From positions 1 to 51,828 of the forward strand of contig JACQPP010000090.1 in assembly GCA_016207465.1 (NCBI GenBank): 51,828 nt of DNA, written 5' to 3'. Below the pieces are notes generated by a model, which saw nothing but the letters and a program-made list of their open reading frames with translations, had not been told where the DNA came from and made no database searches. Position numbers and translations under genes: made by a program. Of this stretch, positions 27,497-35,499 are shown one piece after another. Every line of letters starts with the position of its first letter. Position 1 is the stretch's first letter. This DNA is from Methanobacteriota archaeon. Its GTDB lineage: Archaea; Halobacteriota; Syntropharchaeia; JACQPP01.

Positions 27497-28144
27497 TCAC
27501 AGGATTGAGTCGAGCACCTTCTTCTCCGCGAGGCGCAGGTGCTCCATGGCCGTGGGCTTCGCCACCCCCAGAATCTCCGCGAGCTTCGCCAGCCGGACCC
27601 GCTTGGGCTTCTCGTAGTAGCCGAGGCGGTGGGCGAGCCGGAGGGCCTCCCGCTGGCGCGGGGTGAGGGACTCCAGGATGGTGGAGCGGGTGAAGTCGGC
27701 CGCCGAGAACCGCACAATCCTCCAGCGGAACCCGATTCGGTCCGCCTCCCGGATGAGCCGCTGGAGGCCCTCGGTGGAGCCCCGGATGCTCACCCGCATC
27801 TCCCCCTCCCGGACCTCCAGGAGGGGGTCGAAGGAGAGGTCCGTCCGCCGGAGCACCAGCCGGTAGAGGGGGACCGCCCGGTGGCGGAGCCGCATCAGGC
27901 AGGTCACGCCTCCCCCGGGGTCCCGGGAGAGGAGTTCGCACCGGAGCACCGTCTCCCGGTCCACCAGCCGCCGCGGGTCGAAACCGGGGCCCGGAGGCCG
28001 GAGGTCCACCACCGCCGTGACCTCCCGCTCGTCGTACTTCAGCACATGGAGGGAGCGGACCTCGCCCCACCGGGTCACGGAATGGAGCCAGCGCTCATCC
28101 CACTGACCGGGGGGGAGGGAGACCACCAGCCTCCGGAGTTCCAT
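27497..28144 (-). CDS. HTH_10 (bacterio-opsin-activator-type) DNA-binding regulator
   Basis: 215-aa ORF with the C-terminal LTPRQREALRLAHRLGYYEKPKRVRLAKLAEILGVAKPTAMEHLRLAEKKVL. It starts 6 nt after the stop of the upstream 7TM-DUF835 gene. Confidence 0.85.
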   Translation of the reverse strand: MELRRLVVSLPPGQWDERWLHSVTRWGEVRSLHVLKYDEREVTAVVDLRPPGPGFDPRRLVDRETVLRCELLSRDPGGGVTCLMRLRHRAVPLYRLVLRRTDLSFDPLLEVREGEMRVSIRGSTEGLQRLIREADRIGFRWRIVRFSAADFTRSTILESLTPRQREALRLAHRLGYYEKPKRVRLAKLAEILGVAKPTAMEHLRLAEKKVLDSIL

Positions 28145-28150
28145 GCTCCC

Positions 28151-28620
28151 CTACGCCACCCCGGGCGGCGCCATCAACTCGTTCTCCAGCATCGCCCGTT
28201 CTTTCTCGCTGACCACTCTCGGGTCGGTCCGCACCAGCAGCACCGCGTTCCCGGACCCCGCCACCTCCTTCAGTGTGGTCACGAGCCAGAAGTACATCTG
28301 GAACTCGTAGCGGTGGACCATGTAGGCCGCGCCGTCCAAGAGCACCACGGCGTCGGGGGCCTCGCGGATGAAGTCCTTCACCATGTTGGCCACATCGTCG
28401 AGCCGGTTCACGGTCCGGATGCCCTTCTCCGGGGGCTCGGCCCCCAGCCACACGATGGGGGTCACCGCGAGCCCCATCTGCTCGCGCACGCTGCCGGGGT
28501 GGTCGCGGGTGAGGCAGAGGCCCGGCCGGCCGTGCTTCGCCAGGTCCCCGAATATTTCGTGGGCCCGCCGGGAGGAGGCGTCGGGGAACAGATAGGCCCC
28601 CTTTTCGATACTGTACCTGG
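28151..28620 (-). repeat. Paralogous repeat, copy 1 (DUF835-coding 3-prime half of copy B)
   Basis: It aligns with 29417..29885 and includes a 77-nt perfectly identical run (28317-28393 = 29580-29656). Confidence 0.85.
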
Positions 28621-29350
28621 GAGGCTGGGGGGACACCGCCTCCTGGGTGGGGGTGATGATTATCTTGTACCGCAGAATCGCAAAACTGAAAAACGCCGCT
28701 GTGACAATCCCCGCCTCGTTCTCGTCCACCGGGAGGTAGATTCCAGCGAACATGCGACCGGCACCCGTGGCGATGGAGAACCCCGTCAGGGTGCATACGC
28801 CCGCCAGAAGCGCTCCCAGGGCCCTCCTCTCCGCCGAGGAACCCGTTCTCACATACGCCCGCCCCCAGAGGCCGATGGCCAGCAGTGCCGGGACCGCAGC
28901 CACCGCCATGTAGGCCGGAATCAGTGGACCGTACTTCATGTAGAAAAATCCCGCGCCCTCCAAAACCGCCACTTCCGTCGCGAATAGACCGATGTCCTGC
29001 AGGAACAGAGATGTGAGCACGAGAGCGGGGATGTAGGGGAGGACAAAGAACAGGCGCCGGTTCATGAAACGGACTCTCCGGGGAAACAGGAGGCAGAATA
29101 GCAGGAAGGTGGCCGACATGAAGGGGACCAGAACGCCGTTTCCGTAACGGTAGAGAACACGGCTTTCATCCGTGTGCCACCCCATCCGTCCAGGCAGATA
29201 CGCGAGTGCGAAGAGAACAAAGAAGACCAGCAAGAGAAGGAAGACGCGGCTGGCCGTATCCTCCCGGTTGCGCCGCCATACAATCGCGCCGAACAGGGCG
29301 GCGATGCCGATGGTAATCAATGGAAAAATGGCGTTGATGGCCATGTGCAT
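28151..29350 (-). CDS. Membrane protein: N-terminal ~7-TM sensor-like domain fused to a C-terminal DUF835 domain (copy B)
   Basis: ORF 28151..29362 (TTG), trimmed here to the ATG at 29350. The N-terminal ~240 aa are multi-TM. The C-terminus reads GLCLTRDHPGSVREQMGLAVTPIVWLG...AVVLLDGAAYMVHRYEFQMYFWLVTTLKEVAGSGNAVLLVRTDPRVVSEKERAMLENEL. Confidence 0.8.
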   Translation of the reverse strand: MHMAINAIFPLITIGIAALFGAIVWRRNREDTASRVFLLLLVFFVLFALAYLPGRMGWHTDESRVLYRYGNGVLVPFMSATFLLFCLLFPRRVRFMNRRLFFVLPYIPALVLTSLFLQDIGLFATEVAVLEGAGFFYMKYGPLIPAYMAVAAVPALLAIGLWGRAYVRTGSSAERRALGALLAGVCTLTGFSIATGAGRMFAGIYLPVDENEAGIVTAAFFSFAILRYKIIITPTQEAVSPQPPRYSIEKGAYLFPDASSRRAHEIFGDLAKHGRPGLCLTRDHPGSVREQMGLAVTPIVWLGAEPPEKGIRTVNRLDDVANMVKDFIREAPDAVVLLDGAAYMVHRYEFQMYFWLVTTLKEVAGSGNAVLLVRTDPRVVSEKERAMLENELMAPPGVA

Positions 29351-29384
29351 CCGCAAATGCAAATGAAAAGAAAACGAATGCCGC

Positions 29385-29393
29385 TTATATAAA
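29385..29393 (-). promoter_or_regulatory. TATA-like box (minus strand TTTATATAA) for DUF835 copy B
   Basis: It lies in the 54-nt spacer between the two paralogues, about 39 nt upstream of the ATG at 29350. Confidence 0.45.
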
Positions 29394-29416
29394 CATTCAC
29401 TTGTGGCACCGGGACC

Positions 29417-29885
29417 CTATGCCGCCGGCGCCGCTTGCAACTCGTTCTCCAGCATGGCCCGCTCCTTCTCGCTCACCACACGCGGGTCCATGCGAACGAG
29501 CAGGATGCCGTTGCCCGCCCCGGCCACCTCCTTCAAGGTCGTCACGAGCCAGAAATACATCTGGAACTCGTAGCGATGAACCATGTAGGCCGCGCCGTCC
29601 AAGAGCACCACGGCGTCGGGGGCCTCGCGGATGAAGTCCTTCACCATGTTGGCCACGTCGTCGAGGCGGTTCACGGTCCGGATGCCCTTCTCCGGGGGCT
29701 CCGAGCCCATCCACACAATCGGGGTGGTGGTGAGCCCCATCTGCTCGCGCACCCGGCGGGGGGGGTCGCGGGTGAGGCAGAGGCCGGGCCGACCATGTTT
29801 GGTGAGGTCTCCGAAGATTTCGTGGGCCCGCTGGGAGGAGGGGTCGGGGAGAAGGTAGGCGCGACCACCTCGGAGGGTATACTTG
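29417..29885 (-). repeat. Paralogous repeat, copy 2 (DUF835-coding 3-prime half of copy C)
   Basis: See copy 1. The 5-prime (TM-coding) halves of the two genes are not alignable by eye at the nucleotide level. Confidence 0.85.
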
Positions 29886-30655
29886 GGTGGTTGGGGAGAA
29901 ACGGCCTCCGGGGCGGGGCTGACGAAGGCCCCGTGGCGCTTCACCGCGTAGCCGGTGAGGACAACCAGGGGAAGAGGGAGGAGGTCCCCCAGTTCTCCGG
30001 GCCACCGGCCCGTAAGTTTAAACAGGATGTTGGGTGCCACACCTCCCACCAGCAGGGAGAGGACTAGTCCCAACACGAACAGGAGAATCTGGCGGCGCGC
30101 GGTATGGGAACCGCTCAAAAGATAGGAGGCCCCGAATCGGGCCAGCACAAAGGGGACTCCGACCCCCAGGGTGAGCGCCACCAGGGGGAAGAGAGGAAGC
30201 AGCTCGTACTCGAACTGGTAGCCGAATTCCAGGAGCGTCAACGACGTGAGCCGGTACACCATCCCCGAGGCGATGGCGACGGCGGAGGCGGCGCTGAGAA
30301 GGTACACCCCCGAAAGCACCGGTGTCTGGACCCGGAGAAGGCCATCCATCCACCTCCCCGCCCCAGGAGCCGGTGAGGGAGCCCTGGACAGAGCCGGGAA
30401 CACACAGGAAAAATGGGCGGTGATGGCGACCAGCAGGACCAGCAGAGAATGGGAGGCAAGCGCGATGAAGGTGTACTGCTCCGGGGTCATGAATTCATCA
30501 AAAAAATAAAAGAAGGAGACCCCGGCCAGGATGGCCGCGCCAATGGCAAAGAGCTGGTTCGCCCGGTTCCCCGGGTTCCGCCACAACACATAGACCGCCA
30601 GGAACGCGATGCAGAGGAAGGAAACGAGGGCGGGAATGGCGTAGAGAAGGGCCAT
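29417..30655 (-). CDS. Membrane protein: N-terminal ~7-TM sensor-like domain fused to a C-terminal DUF835 domain (copy C)
   Basis: 412-aa ORF. The N-terminus (LCIAFLAVYVLWRNPGNRANQLFAIGAAILA...) resembles the 7TM input region of archaeal histidine kinases. The C-terminal domain is nearly identical to copy B. Confidence 0.8.
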   Translation of the reverse strand: MALLYAIPALVSFLCIAFLAVYVLWRNPGNRANQLFAIGAAILAGVSFFYFFDEFMTPEQYTFIALASHSLLVLLVAITAHFSCVFPALSRAPSPAPGAGRWMDGLLRVQTPVLSGVYLLSAASAVAIASGMVYRLTSLTLLEFGYQFEYELLPLFPLVALTLGVGVPFVLARFGASYLLSGSHTARRQILLFVLGLVLSLLVGGVAPNILFKLTGRWPGELGDLLPLPLVVLTGYAVKRHGAFVSPAPEAVSPQPPKYTLRGGRAYLLPDPSSQRAHEIFGDLTKHGRPGLCLTRDPPRRVREQMGLTTTPIVWMGSEPPEKGIRTVNRLDDVANMVKDFIREAPDAVVLLDGAAYMVHRYEFQMYFWLVTTLKEVAGAGNGILLVRMDPRVVSEKERAMLENELQAAPAA

Positions 30656-30694
30656 TGTCCATCCCCTGCCGCGACAAAAGTTAAAGGTAGCGGT

Positions 30695-30817
30695 TCACCA
30701 GATGCCCAGTTCCCGGATGAGCTGCTGGGTGGTGTACACCCACCCGCGCTCCACATCCCGGCGGGCCGCCCTCAGCGCCAGCCTCGCCTCCGGGGTCAGT
30801 TCGGCCCCGTCCTTCAT
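30695..30817 (-). CDS. Small helical protein (40 aa), antitoxin-C-terminus-like, unannotated sORF
   Basis: MKDGAELTPEARLALRAARRDVERGWVYTTQQLIRELGIW. GC3 is strongly biased. It is divergent from nfo. Confidence 0.4.
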   Translation of the reverse strand: MKDGAELTPEARLALRAARRDVERGWVYTTQQLIRELGIW

Positions 30818-30854
30818 TTACCCTCCACGGAAACACCGCCCCATGCAACCATTT

Positions 30855-30893
30855 ATATTTTTTCCCGCGAACGCAGTTCGCGGGAAAAAATAT
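30855..30893. promoter_or_regulatory. Perfect inverted repeat, 18-bp arms and a 3-nt spacer, overlapping the nfo TATA-like box and start codon
   Basis: ATATTTTTTCCCGCGAAC-GCA-GTTCGCGGGAAAAAATAT, with both arms verified base by base. The nfo ATG is at 30892. Confidence 0.75.
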
Positions 30894-31734
30894 GCTCCTC
30901 GGCGCCCATGTCTCCGTGGCCGGGGGCCTCGACCGGGCCCCCGGGAATGGCGCGAGCATCGGTTGCGAGGCCATCCAGATTTTCTCCAAGAACCAGCGCC
31001 AGTGGAAGACCCGGCCCCTGGGGGACGCCGAGGCGGGGAAATTCCGCGAGGGGGTGCGGGAGAGGGACATCCGGGAGGTGGTCATCCATGACTCCTACCT
31101 CATCAACCTGGCTGACCCCAACGAGGAGGGGGTGCGCAGGTCCCGGGAGGCGTTCGTGGACGAGATGCGCCGGGCCGATGCCCTCGGCGTGGGCTACCTC
31201 ATCTTCCACCCCGGGGCCCCCAAGGAGGCCGGGGAGGCCTACGGCCTCAAGCGGATTGCGGAGAGCCTCGACTGGTGTCTCGCCAAGGCCGACGAGACAA
31301 AAGCAATGCTGCTGCTGGAGAACACGGCGGGGCAGGGCTCCAACGTGGGCTGGAGGTTCGAGCACATCCACGACATCATGGAGGGGGTCTCCGACCGGAA
31401 GCGGCTCGGCGTTTGTGTGGACACCTGCCACACCTTCGCCGCGGGCTACGACATCCGCACCCGCGAGGGATACGAGGCCACCGTCCGCCAAATCGAGAGA
31501 CACATCGGCCTCGGGAATATCCGGGCCTTCCATCTCAACGACTCCAAGAAGGACTTGAACTGCCGGGTGGACCGCCACGAGCACATCGGGGAGGGCAAAA
31601 TCGGCCTCGAATTGTTCCGCTGGCTCGTCAACGACCCGAGGTTCGAGAATGTCCCCGCCGTGCTGGAGACGCCGGGGGAGGAGGAGGACTTCCGGCGGAA
31701 CCTGAAGGTCCTCAAGGGACTGCGGAAGAAGTGA
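30892..31734 (+). CDS. nfo: Endonuclease IV (AP endonuclease, TIM-barrel)
   Basis: 280-aa ORF with MLLGAHVS..GG, IQIFSKNQRQW, VIHDSYLINLA, LIFHPG, LLLENTAGQG, VCVDTCHTFAAGYD, FHLNDSK and DRHEHIGEGKIG. Confidence 0.93.
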   Translation: MLLGAHVSVAGGLDRAPGNGASIGCEAIQIFSKNQRQWKTRPLGDAEAGKFREGVRERDIREVVIHDSYLINLADPNEEGVRRSREAFVDEMRRADALGVGYLIFHPGAPKEAGEAYGLKRIAESLDWCLAKADETKAMLLLENTAGQGSNVGWRFEHIHDIMEGVSDRKRLGVCVDTCHTFAAGYDIRTREGYEATVRQIERHIGLGNIRAFHLNDSKKDLNCRVDRHEHIGEGKIGLELFRWLVNDPRFENVPAVLETPGEEEDFRRNLKVLKGLRKK

Positions 31735-31773
31735 ACCGAAAGTATTATATCTCATCTCATCTCATTCTAAACC

Positions 31774-31992
31774 ATGGGCGTTCCGGCCACCGTGCGGCGC
31801 TGGGGCTCCTCCCTGGCGGTGACCCTGCCAAAGGAGTTGGTGAGGTCCCTCTCCCTGAGGGAAGGGGAGAAAATCCACATCGAGGTGAAGAAGGAGAACC
31901 CTCTGCGCGAGGTCTTCGGGAAGGGGAAACTGGACAAGCCAATCGACAAGGTGATGCGGGAGATTGATTCCGAGTTGTGGGGCGGGCTGTGA
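31774..31992 (+). CDS. vapB: AbrB/SpoVT-type antitoxin (VapB-like)
   Basis: 72-aa ORF. VRRWGSSLAVTLPKELVRSLSLREGEKIHIEV is a swapped-hairpin motif. Confidence 0.8.
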   Translation: MGVPATVRRWGSSLAVTLPKELVRSLSLREGEKIHIEVKKENPLREVFGKGKLDKPIDKVMREIDSELWGGL

Positions 31993-32342
31993 CGACCTAC
32001 CTCTTTGACACCTACGCCTTCCTGAAACTCTACGAGGGCGCCCGCAGTTATGAGAGGTACTTGCGGGAGGACTTCGTGACCACCGCTCTCCAAATCATCG
32101 AGTTGCACTACAAGCTCCGGAAGATGGCAGACCCGGATGCCGATGCGGTCGTCTCCAAATTTTGCCGCCTGGAGGAAATCACTTGCGAGGACGTGGTGGA
32201 AGGGATGAAGGTGAAGGAGAAGATGCCGGAGCTCTCCCCCGCCGACGCCATCGGCTACGCGGTGGCCCGGAGACTGGGCATCCCATTCCTCACGGGGGAC
32301 GGGCCCATGAGAAAACTGCCGGGCGTGGAGTTCGTGCGGTAG
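31989..32342 (+). CDS. vapC: PIN-domain ribonuclease toxin (VapC-like)
   Basis: It starts VTTYLFDTYAFL at a GTG overlapping the vapB stop (GTGA), and has late acidic residues (PADAIGYAVARRLGIPFLTGD). Confidence 0.75.
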   Translation: MTTYLFDTYAFLKLYEGARSYERYLREDFVTTALQIIELHYKLRKMADPDADAVVSKFCRLEEITCEDVVEGMKVKEKMPELSPADAIGYAVARRLGIPFLTGDGPMRKLPGVEFVR

Positions 32343-32362
32343 ATGGTTCCGGGGAGGCAACC

Positions 32363-32368
32363 TATATA
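32363..32368 (+). promoter_or_regulatory. TATATA box
   Basis: It is centred about 25 nt upstream of the ATG at 32390. Confidence 0.5.
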
Positions 32369-32389
32369 CCCCGGCTCCGATTCTCCTCC

Positions 32390-33346
32390 ATGGCCGAGTC
32401 TCCCACCGCCCCCGCCGTCCCCGGGGAGCAGCCCCTCCAGATTACGTTCGGGAAGATGTTCCGGAGCCTGTGGTCCCTCTCGGGGCCCGGGTTCTGGGCG
32501 GGCTCCATCTTCATGGGCTACATCGGCCACATCCTCGCCCGGAAGGCAATCACCCTGGATGTGAACCTCTTCTTCGGGGCGGTGGTCCTGGGTCCCCTGG
32601 TGCTGGGGGGCACGTTGATGCTGAACGATTATTTCGACCGGGAGGACGACCGGGGGAACCCGCGGAAGGCCCGCTCCCCCATCCTGCGGGGGATTGTGGA
32701 CCCGGTGAACGCCCTCCACGCGAGCCTCGCCCTGATGGCCATCGGCCTCTCCCTGGCCGCCGCCATTTCCCGCGAGTTCGCCCTGCTCTCGGTTGGGGCG
32801 GCGGTCCTCGCCGTGGCCTACTCGACCCCCCCGGTGCGCCTCAAGCGGGTGGGGGGCTTTGACCTGGTGGCGAACCTCCTGGGCTTCGGGGTCCTCTGTC
32901 CCCTGGGGGGCTGGACCATCGCCGGGGGCCGCATCGCCGACTTCCCCCTCTTCTTCCTCTGGGTCTCCCTCGGGGGCGTGGCCAGTGCGTATCTGGCCAC
33001 CACCCTGGTGGACTATGAGGCCGACACCCGGGCGGGGGTGCGCTCCATCGCCGTGAAGCTGGGCCGGCGGGCCACCTACTGGGGGGGCTTCGTGGCCATG
33101 GCGGTGGCCAGCGCCGCGGTCCTCTACGATGGCTTTGTCCGCGGCCCCCAGGCGTTCCTCTACAGGCCCGAGTTCGTCCAGCGGGTGTGGCCCCTGGCGG
33201 TGGCCCCGGTGGGTTTCTACGCGTGGTTCGTCCGGCTGATGACCCCCCGGAACTTCTGGTTCACCAGCGCCATGGTGGCCTTCAGTGTGGCCATCCCCAA
33301 CATCCTCTTCCTCCTCTGGTACGCGGGGGTGTGGAGGGTCGCATAG
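32390..33346 (+). CDS. UbiA-family membrane prenyltransferase
   Basis: In-frame Met of ORF 32162..33346. It is multi-TM, with NDYFDREDD (NDxxDxxxD) and a second Asp-rich motif DYEADTRAG. Confidence 0.82.
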   Translation: MAESPTAPAVPGEQPLQITFGKMFRSLWSLSGPGFWAGSIFMGYIGHILARKAITLDVNLFFGAVVLGPLVLGGTLMLNDYFDREDDRGNPRKARSPILRGIVDPVNALHASLALMAIGLSLAAAISREFALLSVGAAVLAVAYSTPPVRLKRVGGFDLVANLLGFGVLCPLGGWTIAGGRIADFPLFFLWVSLGGVASAYLATTLVDYEADTRAGVRSIAVKLGRRATYWGGFVAMAVASAAVLYDGFVRGPQAFLYRPEFVQRVWPLAVAPVGFYAWFVRLMTPRNFWFTSAMVAFSVAIPNILFLLWYAGVWRVA

Positions 33347-33348
33347 GG

Positions 33349-34461
33349 ATGGCGGAGGCGTTCTCCTGGGGGCCGGGGGACCTGAGGGAGCTGGAGGGCA
33401 ACCTCCTCGACGAGCGCTCCAGCCGCTGGATGTACCTGCGGCTCGCGGAGATGGACGACCAGCGGGAGCGCGCCGAGCTTCTGCGGAGCCTCGCCGACTT
33501 CGAGGAGAAGCACACGGGCCTCTGGGAGAAACTGCTTCTCCATCTGGACCGCCGCGTCCCCGGGGAGCGGCGGATGGCGGACCACCGCATCCTCGTGCTC
33601 CTCGCCCGCCTCTTCGGGGTGGGGGCGGTGCTCCCCATCGTCCACAAGGGGGAGGTGGACGCCATCGCCAAGTACAAGCGGCAGGCGGCCCGCTGGCGGG
33701 ACCCGGCGGCCCAGGAGGTCTTCCCGGGGATTCTGCGGGACGAGATTGCCCACGAGGTGGACACCTTCAACGCCATGCGAGGGGCCGGGGCCACCCGAGG
33801 GGGACTCCGGAGTGCCATCCTCGGGGCCAACGACGGCCTGGGCTCGATACTGGCATTGGCGGCGGGGGTCGCCGGGGCCACCCGCTCCAGCCCCCTGGTC
33901 CTCATGGCGGGGGTGGCGGGGCTCATCGCCGGGGCGGTCTCCATGGCGGCCTCCAACTACGTGTCGGTGAAGGCCGAGCAGGAGGGATACGCGGCCCATG
34001 TCCGCATCCAGCGGGAGGCGGCGGAGGCGGCCCCGGAGGTCAAGGGGGCCCAGCTCCAGGCGGCCTACCGGGCCAAGGGGCTCACCGGGGCCGAGGCGGA
34101 GCAGGTGGTCTCACGCCTCATGGAGAAGCCCGAGGAGTTCCTCCGGGCCCTGCTGGCGGAGGAGCACGGACTCGCCGGGGACCATGTCGAGAGCCCTCCG
34201 CGCCTCGCCGCCTACACGGGGCTCGCCTTCATCCTCGCCGGCCTCATCCCCATCCTCCCCTTCCTGGTGCTCCCCGCCACCCCCGGGGTCATCGCCTCCG
34301 TCGTCCTCACCGGAGTGGCCCTCTTCTTCGCCGGGGTCCTCCGCGCCCTCTCCACCCTCCACCCCTTCCTGCGGAGCGGGGCCGAGATGGTCCTCATCGG
34401 CATGGGCTCCGCGACGGCCACCTACATGGTGGGGCTGGCGATGGGGGGCGCGGTGGGGTGA
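33349..34461 (+). CDS. VIT1/CCC1-family iron/manganese transporter with an N-terminal ferritin-like domain
   Basis: In-frame Met of ORF 33187..34461. The N-terminal domain has EEKH...EIAHE pairs. The C-terminus reads AILGANDGLGSILALAAGVAGA, followed by TM helices. Confidence 0.8.
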   Translation: MAEAFSWGPGDLRELEGNLLDERSSRWMYLRLAEMDDQRERAELLRSLADFEEKHTGLWEKLLLHLDRRVPGERRMADHRILVLLARLFGVGAVLPIVHKGEVDAIAKYKRQAARWRDPAAQEVFPGILRDEIAHEVDTFNAMRGAGATRGGLRSAILGANDGLGSILALAAGVAGATRSSPLVLMAGVAGLIAGAVSMAASNYVSVKAEQEGYAAHVRIQREAAEAAPEVKGAQLQAAYRAKGLTGAEAEQVVSRLMEKPEEFLRALLAEEHGLAGDHVESPPRLAAYTGLAFILAGLIPILPFLVLPATPGVIASVVLTGVALFFAGVLRALSTLHPFLRSGAEMVLIGMGSATATYMVGLAMGGAVG

Positions 34462-34477
34462 GGCCGGATGGGCCTCA
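34457..34477 (+). terminator. 8-bp hairpin GTGAGGCC-GGATG-GGCCTCAC spanning the VIT1 stop codon
   Basis: Read directly from the sequence. No clear T-tract follows, so a terminator role is tentative. Confidence 0.3.
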
Positions 34478-34535
34478 CATCTCCCCCCGGAACTCCCGGG
34501 TCCAGCACCCCCGGCGGCGGTCCCGGACTGGAGGC
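34475..34535 (-). repeat. Direct repeat L: decayed copy of an hsdS 3-prime end (frameshifted, 20-nt deletion)
   Basis: It aligns with 36428..36507. Identical blocks are CTCCCCCCGGAAC (13 nt) and TCCAGCACCCCCGGC (15 nt), then 18/20 after a 20-nt gap. Minus-strand translation gives ..LQSGTAA..PGVLD..FRGEM-stop in shifted frames. Confidence 0.8.
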
Positions 34536-34693
34536 ACAAAGTCTATTAAACACCAAGTCCTGTCCTATTCGATGCCTGGGTCCCCAAGCGTCAACCGGGC
34601 GATTACTTTCACCCCCCTCTCGACGAGAGCATATGCATTCATTTCTCGGCCTCTCCAAATAGGCGAAAATCGAAGCCTACCGAGGTATTCTCG

Positions 34694-35482
34694 ATGAGCG
34701 ACAACAGCAAAATCGAGTGGACTGAGGCCACCTGGAACCCGGTCACCGGTTGCACTAAAATCAGCCCGGGCTGCAAATACTGCTACGCCGAGCGCATGGC
34801 CCGCCGCCTCCAGGCCATGGGCCAGCACCGATACCGCAACGGCTTCCGGGTCACCCTCCAAGAAGACCTCGTTGACCTCCCCCGCAAGTGGAAGGAGGGG
34901 CGCCGCATCTTCGTCAACAGCATGAGCGACCTCTTTCACGCCGAGGTCCCATTCGACTTCATCCAAAGATGTTTCGACACCATGCGAGAGGCCGACCAGC
35001 ACACCTACCAGGTACTCACCAAGCGCCCCGAGAGGATGCTTGAGTTCGCCCTAGAGGCCCTGGAGGGACCCTGGCCTCCCCAGGTCTGGGCCGGGACCAG
35101 CGTGGAGAACGCGGATTACAAGTGGCGCATTGATATGCTGCGGGGGGTTCCAGCCTCTACCCGATTCCTCTCTATCGAGCCCCTCATCGGCCCCATGGGC
35201 AACCTCGACCTTGAGGGAATCCACTGGGTCATCGTCGGAGGAGAATCCGGGCCCCAGGCGCGGCCCATGGAGGCCGAGTGGGCCCGCGAGGTCCGGGACC
35301 AATGCCACGAGGCGGGGGTCGCGTTCTTCTTCAAACAGTGGGGGGGAACGAGAAAAAAACTCACAGGCCGCATTCTAGACGGAAGGACATGGGATGAATA
35401 CCCCTTATCTCTGCCGAAAAATAGGCTAACAAGTAGTGAAACGTCATTCTCCAACTCAATCCGCTTAGCAACACAAGTTTAA
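34694..35482 (+). CDS. DUF5131 (phage Gp37/Gp68 family) three-Cys-motif protein
   Basis: 262-aa ORF with N-terminus [31 protein letters not shown] (C20-x6-C27-x2-C30), then [27 protein letters not shown] and FFFKQWGG. Confidence 0.85.
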   Translation: MSDNSKIEWTEATWNPVTGCTKISPGCKYCYAERMARRLQAMGQHRYRNGFRVTLQEDLVDLPRKWKEGRRIFVNSMSDLFHAEVPFDFIQRCFDTMREADQHTYQVLTKRPERMLEFALEALEGPWPPQVWAGTSVENADYKWRIDMLRGVPASTRFLSIEPLIGPMGNLDLEGIHWVIVGGESGPQARPMEAEWAREVRDQCHEAGVAFFFKQWGGTRKKLTGRILDGRTWDEYPLSLPKNRLTSSETSFSNSIRLATQV

Positions 35483-35499
35483 AGTGGGTTTATGTGCCT

